Shown: positions 57,034-64,000 of the stretch, in pieces
Position numbering within the stretch: the first letter of the stretch is position 1
How the letters are laid out: every line of letters starts with the position of its first letter
Source of the DNA: Vitrella brassicaformis CCMP3155
Lineage: Eukaryota > Protista > Chromerida
NCBI GenBank assembly: GCA_001179505.1
Contig: CDMY01000482.1
Coordinates: 4,103 to 68,102 of the forward strand
Direction of reading: 5' to 3'
Length of the DNA: 64,000 nt
Notes under the pieces: model-generated
Database searches by the model: none
Told to the model about the DNA's origin: nothing
Seen by the model: only the letters and a program-made list of their open reading frames with translations
Position numbers and translations under genes: made by a program

Positions 57034-59756
57034 TGAGATGTGCGCTGGTGGCGTGTGTGTGGCTGCCTGCAGATGTGCAAAGGGGTGCCCGGCTGTCTCG
57101 CCTTCGCCTGGCACGACCGGTACCCCCGCAAGGGCAAGGTGCTCAGGGGCGTGTGCTTCCTATGCGGCAACAAAGACAGGTAGGTCTGGTCCACACAAAG
57201 CAAGCAAGAATCATGAATTCCATCCGCTTTGTCCTCTCCCCTTTTGGTGTCTGCTCTGCATCTCCAGGAAGATGTGCTCGCCAGGCGCGGTGATGGGGTG
57301 GGTTGAGGGCCGCGACTGCGGGCCAGCGGAGGGCACGACCTTTCCCCCAGCCCCCACGCCGCCGCTCGACACAGACGGCCTGCACCTCATGGCCGCTGAT
57401 CCATCTCTCTATTACGGCCTGCCGATCGGCGAGAACGCCCGAGCACTCGGCAAGGGCGGAACACAAGAGGAGAAGGCGTTCTTGAGAGGCGACCTTGGGG
57501 CACCGCCGTATCTGACGGAGCCGCTGCGTTATGCGGTGCGGGCGAATGACCTGGCCCGTGTGGAGCTCAAGAACTGCGGCTGCTTCCATCTGGGCGTGCA
57601 GCCGGACCCTCAGACGTCGCAAATCGTCCAGAATCTAGCACTGTGAGCGCTCGTCCACGATTCATCGCACCCCAACCACACACACACAGAGTGTCTGTCG
57701 GTGCTAAGTGAGTGCTCGTGTCTGTCTGCCATGTGTGTGTGTGTGTGGTGAAGGTTGGTGTACCCCCCCGAGCAGTGCCAGCTCCTTTGCCAGCAGGATC
57801 CCGACTGCGAGGCCTTCTCGTCCACCTTCTATAAGTGCCTCTTGTGGAGGGACGTCACGCAGTGGAACCTCGACCAAATCGAAGCTGTGATCATTTCGGG
57901 GCCCAAGTGGTGCCCGGAGGAGCTAATCGGTACGCAGAGAGATGTGTGTGTGTGTGCGCGTGTGTGCGTGTGTGAGTGTGTGTGTGTGCGTGTGGGCGTT
58001 GGTTGCAATGCAGCTCAGGGGTACGTGTGCAGCCTAGACCACTACCGGGCGAGGTTTACCTCCTGGGCGCTTTTCTTGCTGCACATTCCCGACATCACCG
58101 ACATGCCTTTCGGAGAGAGCTGCCCCGTCCAGGTAGACTAGACAACACGCAAAAACCAACACACAGATGACTGTCTGTCTGTCTGTCTGTGTCACCAGGT
58201 GAATCCTAGTGTGTTGATAGTGCTGCTGGTGGCGGGTGTGGTGGTGCTCATGGCGTTCCTGTCGGCTTGGTACATGAAGAGGCAGCACCGGCGGACGGTC
58301 ATATGGCGCGTCGTGACGGCAGTGCTGGCCGCCCTCGGAACGATTCTACACGGTCAGCTCAGCTCAGCTCAACGGCCGCATCAATCAACGTTCGGTCTTT
58401 GTTTCGATGGGTATGTTGTGTTGATGGCTGTCTGTGTGTCTGTGTGTCTCTGTGTCTGTGTGTGTGTGTGTGTGCAGTGGCGTTTGTGGTGTCGTTGTTT
58501 CGTCTGTCGGGCAACGGGTGGCTCTTTTGGTTTGGGTGCGGACACTTCCTCTTCATGATCCTCTTCGATGAAATCACTGTCGTCCTCTACAACCTGAGAT
58601 GGGTATAGCACCAACTCCCCCACACCCACACCCACGCCCATGATCCATTCTCTCTCTCTCTCTCCCTCTCTCTCTCTCCCTGTCTACGTGTGTGTGATCC
58701 CCCCATTGGATCAATCAGGTCATGAGCCAGCCCTCCTACCGGACCTGGTTCGACTCCACCCCCCGCTCTCTCAACGCCACGAAACACACCACCAACAGCG
58801 GCACCACCACCCCGTTCACCAACATTTTTGACCAGCTGAGCAGCAGCCAGACCCAAAGCCAAAGCGAGCGGAGAGAGTGGAAGCTGAAAAAGTCCGTCAC
58901 CTTCGAGGCCGTCCACCAGTCACCGCCGCCACCATCACCGCCTGTGCAGGAGGGCAACAGCAGCAACATCGTGCCAGACACCGACGACGACCTGGTGTCC
59001 TACTGCCCGTCGTTCAATGTCAGCGAGCTGTCCGACGAGGCCGTGTTCGGCCCCTTCCAGCACGAGCAGGCCCCACAGCTGCTCGACAGCACACAAGACA
59101 ATACAGAGGACACCCAGCCCTCGACCACCAGCAGCTGTGGATCCACAGCTGTCAGACTGACCGACAGCTGCCCGGTTGTCGATGTCAAGTTCTTCGCAGC
59201 CGAATCCACCGAGTGCGGCTCTGCCCAACACACCGACATGACCGAGTTGAAGGTGGCGATGGCAGAGCGAGGCGCCACAGAGGAGTGGGACGACGAGAGG
59301 GCCTTTGGCGGCAGCGGCCCGGGGCTGGTGGTGGTGCTCTTTGCGAGTTTTTTCTCAATCGGCGTTCTGCATCTGTGCTGGAGCCACCTGGTCCCCAAGA
59401 AGCCGTTCTTCGCTATCCCAGTGGCTTCCGACCAGTTCGCTTCGCTGGAGCTGCTCTCGCTGGTGGGGTATGTGCCCATGCTGACCTTACAAGTGAGTCA
59501 GCAGAGACTACAACACAACCACAGCACACCTTGTTTGTCGTCGTGTGTCCTTCATTATCCCCCGTGTGTGTGGTGTGTGTGTGGTTTGTCTGTCTGTCAG
59601 CTTCTGGCGGTGTTTATGAGTGGCGGGGACGGAGTGCTGGCCGATGTGATGCCGGCGGTGACTTTGACGGCTGCTCTGCTGTCGGCGATAAGCATAGCGG
59701 GGGTCGTGGTGCGGTTCGTGTGGTGGCGACTCAGGAAGGGAGATATGAGCAGATAG
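55875..59756 (+). CDS. Signal peptide + three PAN/Apple-like domains + multi-pass (about 6 TM) membrane protein
   Basis: MLRLIFSVVVLPVWSWLVIESGVLA; CYEWNYDYMGNNL...DCQRGCQSYDGCEAWTF...CYLKS...VSGAK; CYEYN...ECHE|MCKGVPGCLAFAW...CFL; CFHLG...QCQLLCQQDPDCEAFS...CLL...ISGPKWC. About six hydrophobic segments follow, with a long Ser/Thr/acidic loop. Confidence 0.85.
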
Positions 59757-61747
59757 AAAAGGCCGACGAGAGAGGAGACAGCCAGAGAGAGAGGGAGGGA
59801 TAGTCTCTCTGGTGTGGTGCTACGGTGTGGTTCGACTCGACGTGGCTTCGGTTTGTATGGGTCGGTGCGGTCGGTGCTGCAGTGGGTCTGTCTGTCTGTC
59901 TGTGAGTGAGTGTGTCGTGTCTATTGTCGTTTTTTCTTCATCCGTGAGGATTTCCTTCATGTGGGCGACCGACGCGTGGTCAGGTCGGACGGGCGGCGCG
60001 CGGGTCGCGTTTTTGTCATCTATCTATCGGGTGGGGTGCTGCCTCCCCTGCACGGTGTGTTTGTGGCGGGCAGTGAGCAGCGATAGCGTGTGGGACGTGT
60101 GCAGACCTGCACACCCAACGCCTACCGGCAGGCCAGCCATTGTGTGTGTGCTGCATACATACATACGTCAGTCATATGCATCGCATCCACCGTCCTTCAT
60201 GCTGGTTGGTGCGTCGGAGAGTGTGCGTGTGCACGTGTGTGTGGAGTGCTGGTGGCGTGAGGATGGTGAGGGGGAGGATGTGTGGTGTCGTCTCTTATGT
60301 AAGAGTAGGTGGCCACCCACCATGTGTCTGTCCTTCGTACGATCGTGCAGCGGCTGTTGTCGTCTTGTTGTGATTTACGCGTGTGAAGAGCTAGAGAAGT
60401 ATGCGTGTGGCAGACAGAGGGGGAGAGAGAGAGAGAGAGTGCGAGCTCGGTCTTTATAAGTGTCTTCCTACCATCCCTATCTCGGTCGTGATTGGCGTCA
60501 GATTCGTGTGTGTGTGTGTGTGCGGATTCGTGACTGCTCTTTGTGGGCGGCGTGTGCCTGTGTTATTTCAAGCCTGTACGTGGGACATTTTTCCTCCCAC
60601 ACACACGCATGTGTCGACCGACAGATGTGTGTGGTGTGGGTTCATCCGTTCAGTCAGCCAGCCTGTCGTCTGAGACAAGTCAGGTCACTCGCCCTTTCGT
60701 TGTGTGATGCAGTTGGTGATGAGGAACGAACGAACGAGTGGGCTGCATGTTTGGCTGCCTCTGGTGATCCTTCTGACTGGAGAGAGAAGCAGAGTCAATC
60801 TATGGGCCTGAGGGAGCGAGGGAGGGAGGGTGTGTGGCTACAGCCAACACACTGCATGCCTTGGCGGAGAGCGAGTCTCACTGTATGGATCCGCGGATGG
60901 TGTGGGTGTAGCATGGTGTGGTGTGATGTCGCCGTCAGTCAGTCAGTGAGCGAGCCAGACGGGCTTTTTTGGCTGGCATGTGGCGAAGCCCGGACAGACA
61001 GACAGAGGTGAGGATTGGATTGGGGTGCATGTGGACAAATGGCGGGCTGGTGGGGGGGGGAGTGACGGGTCGCGAGAGCGAGTGGACGAGAAACAAGGCT
61101 GGGCAGAACTCCACGCTCGTGACGGTCGTCTGTTCCTGCTGAGACCATGCTGGCGATCTCCGCCCTCACCAGCAAGGTCTCGACGGGGCTGACTACACTA
61201 CCACAGAGCGTGGAATTTGGGGCACGGCTGCTGACTGTCTGGAACACGACTACTGGATCGTCGATGAGTCATACATACCAGCCCCTTCACTCACTAAAAA
61301 GAACGATCACCGTATTCACTCACTGGACATCGCCAGTCTGGTCCGGTCTGGTCCAGTGTGTCGCGATGGATGTTGGTATGCACAGCTGTCTGCAGAGAGA
61401 GGTACAATTGATTAACCCATCAGTAGTAGTAGTAATAGAGTAGCAGCAGTAGGCCACACACCACACCACCTCACATCACTGCCGCAGCATGTCATGCACG
61501 ACGCTATGCACAACAAGACGGCAGCCGTCCATCCATCCACACGTCTACCTGTGCTGTACCCTCAGACAGACAGGCAGGCAGGCCAGTACACGGCAGGAAA
61601 CAGAAAGCACAAAGCAGATTGCGTCACGAAGCAGATTGCACCCACAAATTACATGTATGTACTGTGCACGTGTAATGCCCATATCAACCTCTGCCCCCCC
61701 CTTCCCTTGCTCCGCCGGCATTCCCACCGGCACCACAGTGTGCCTCC

Positions 61748-62578
61748 TCACACGTTCAGAGCGTTCGGTGCGGCATTCCCCTGGGGTGTCTGCGGCCGAC
61801 TGCCAGCGGCACTCGCCACGTCACGAGCAGGCTCATGCTCAGGCTCTCCTGTCGCGGCCGAGAGGCTGCGGACGAGGGATCCCTGTCGCGAAAACGCACA
61901 GACTGCCCACAGCTGGGACGGCCACCGCTCTGGCTGAGATCCAACGGGTGATGCGGGTGCTGCCGGCGGCTCTGTTACCGGGGCTGCTGCTGGCTGCTGC
62001 CTTCGGTCTCGGTGGGCGTTGGCGTCGTGACGAGACTTAGTCGACAACCAGCAGGAGAAAACAAAGAAGCCCACGAAGACGACAGCGCTGCACACGCCCA
62101 CCGCCAGGATTGTCGTGTCGGCCGTGCCTTCGCCGGTGCCGTCGATCGGGGCAGACGACTTGTCGAGTCGCTCAGAAGCTACACTACCATTCTCGACTCC
62201 ATCAGTGCGCTCGTTAGCGTAGATTCTGACGAACTGGTATTGGCGGTGGTTCAGATCGCCGGAGGAGCTGCCCCCATAGAGGAGGCTGCGACCCGGGAGG
62301 GACCTGTCGTTGGCATCATACTGCTGCTCGTTAACGGAGGGAGACCGCAACGCACGCCGGAACTGCACACACACACACACACACACACTCGGGGAGGGAT
62401 TTGTCGTGGCCTGTTCGTCAGTGTAGGCAGGTTACTTGCTTACCGACGAGGCGTTGGGGTGTGAGGGGCTGCCAGTCAGGCTGGAGGCGGCACATAGACA
62501 GGGGCACATACCACCAGTGATAACGGCGACCCACACGACGGCCATTTTCTTGAAGGCACTGGCTCCTTCTGCTGCCAT
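61748..62578 (-). CDS. Small type I membrane protein (signal-like N-terminus, Ser/Gly-rich ectodomain, one TM, disordered tail), copy 1
   Basis: Exon 1 MAAEGASAFKKMAVVWVAVITGGMCPCLCAASS...NASS|GTAAGC splices in phase 0 to FRRALRS...; TM ILAVGVCSAVVFVGFFVFSCWL. The 3' end may continue if GTGTGA is a splice donor. Confidence 0.65.
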
Positions 62579-63348
62579 CTTTTGTAACGTGACTGAATGA
62601 TATCAGTGTGCTGTTGCTGCGTCGTGCGTGTCCACCGTGACCGGGCGGTCTCCTCCCGCCTCTCCCTCTCCTCTCCATTCTCTCGAGAGAATCGGAGAGA
62701 TGTCCTCTGTCAAGATTGTCGGGCGAAGGAGGATTCCCTTCCAGGCGCCAAAGGGAGCTGCCCTCGAGGCCTTCCTGCCACCCCAGCGCCCTTCTTCCCC
62801 GCCACACGAATGCGAGCTTTGGACGGATCGAGTGAGGATCGAATTACCGTTTTTCTCAGAGTTGGCAAATTCGTTTTGCGATTTTGTCTGCCAGACGTTG
62901 TGAGCACTCGTCCATACGCCATTTGCGAAAGAATCGGAGAGAAGCGCGGAGTTTGCCATTTGGAGAGGAGTTAGGGCAGTGAAATTCCGTTTTTGCACCG
63001 CTTGTTGATGCTGCATTGCTGTGTTGATCATCTAATTGGTAAAGTGATGGGTAAAGGTCGGTCACGGTGGCACACACTGGCCATAGCCAGGCTTGTGCGG
63101 TCTGTATGTACACAAGAAGACGGCGGCCGTCCATCTACGCGTCTACATGTCCTGTACAGGTACTCAGGCAGACAGGCAGCTCAGTGTAAGCAGGCACACG
63201 AAGGAAAGCACAAAGCAGATTGCGCCACGAAGCAGATTGCACCCACAAATTACATGTATGTACTGTACACGTGTAATGCCCATATCAACCTCTGCCCCCC
63301 CCTTCCCTTGCTCCGCCGGCATTCCCACCGGCACCACAGTGTGCCTCC

Positions 63349-64000
63349 TCACACGTTCAGAGCGTTCGGTGCGGCATTCCCCTGGGGTGTCTGCGGCCGA
63401 CTGCCAGCGGCACTCGCCACGTCACGAGCAGGCTCACGCTCAGGCTCTCCTGTCGCGGCCGAGAGGCTGCGGACGAGCGATCCCTGTCGCGAAAACGCAC
63501 AGACCGCCCACAGCTGGGACGGCTCCCGCTCTGGCTGAGATCCAACGGGTGATGGGGGTGCTGCCGGCGGCTCTGATACCGGGGCTGCTGCTGGCTGCTG
63601 CCTTCGGTCTCGGCGGGCGTTGGCCTCGGCAACTATTTGACGAGACTTAGTCGACAACCAGCAGGCGCAAACAAAGAAACCCACGAAGACGACAGCGCTG
63701 GACACGGCAGCTACCAGGATGGTATTTCCCGCCTGGCCTTCGTCGATGCCATTCGGGGCAGACGGCTTGTCGCGCTGCCTAGTGCGTCTCGTGGTATAGC
63801 TTCTGAGGGACTGGTATCGGGGGTGGTTCAGATCGCCGGAGGAGCTGCCCCCATAGAGGAGGCTGCGACCCGACTGGAGGCTGAGGGATCTGTCGTTGGC
63901 ATCATACTGCTGCTCGTCAACGGAGGGAGACCGCAACGCACGCCGGACCTGTGCACACACACACACACACACTCAGGGAGGGATTTGTCGTGGCCTGTTC
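63349..64000 (-). CDS. Small type I membrane protein, copy 2 (first exon outside window)
   Basis: VRRALRSPSVDEQQYD...TM ILVAAVSSAVVFVGFFVCACWL...NAAPNALNV*. Paralog of 61748-62578. Confidence 0.65.

Larger units (their letters stand above)
61505..64000. repeat. Tandem gene duplication: about 61505-62410 is homologous to about 63110-64000 (period about 1.59 kb)
   Basis: Long near-identical stretches in the 3' region and the intron, with a divergent ectodomain segment. Confidence 0.92.

Noticed and set aside
59800-61480. Several 70-215 aa ORFs after the PAN gene
   Set aside because: GT-rich UTR-like sequence with Val/Cys-biased translations typical of (GT)n tracts and no recognisable motif.
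1-64000. Autonomous transposon (reverse transcriptase, DDE transposase, Helitron Rep/helicase) to explain the duplications
   Set aside because: No such motifs were recognised in any ORF, so any mobility hypothesis needs an element acting in trans.
110-64000. Many long antisense or off-frame ORFs overlapping real genes (for example 244-960, 4231-4992, 22772-23386, 53446-54234)
   Set aside because: Expected shadows of GC-rich coding sequence, with no independent evidence of overlapping genes.

Overview
GC-rich, intron-dense eukaryotic DNA. Short GT-AG introns are full of (CA)n, (GT)n and (GACA)n microsatellites. Gene content and style suggest a chromerid alveolate such as Vitrella brassicaformis (inference, not verified). 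Gene models were built by eye from splice sites and the ORF track, so internal boundaries are approximate. Recognisable genes in order: an ankyrin-like family member (5' partial); TYW1; a probably plastid-targeted fusion of a ferredoxin-thioredoxin-reductase variable-chain-like domain with RUS/DUF647; a SMYD-like SET protein; a PhyH dioxygenase; a TPR/coiled-coil protein; a large multi-OB-fold protein resembling telomeric CTC1, head-to-head with RAD51B; an alternative oxidase with Asn at a diiron-ligand Glu; an atypical kinase; hypothetical coiled-coil genes; further ankyrin-family copies with an N-terminal CBM20/48-like exon, in inverted orientation; an extended-synaptotagmin-like C2/SMP gene; a CNNM/DUF21-CBS gene; a PAN/Apple multi-pass membrane gene; and two tandem type I membrane protein paralogs. 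There are two 300-N assembly gaps. I found no rRNA, tRNA, CRISPR array or autonomous transposon. Best leads: the CTC1 candidate, the FTR-V/RUS fusion, the CBM-ankyrin-F-box-like family, the E-to-N AOX and the flavodoxin-less TYW1.
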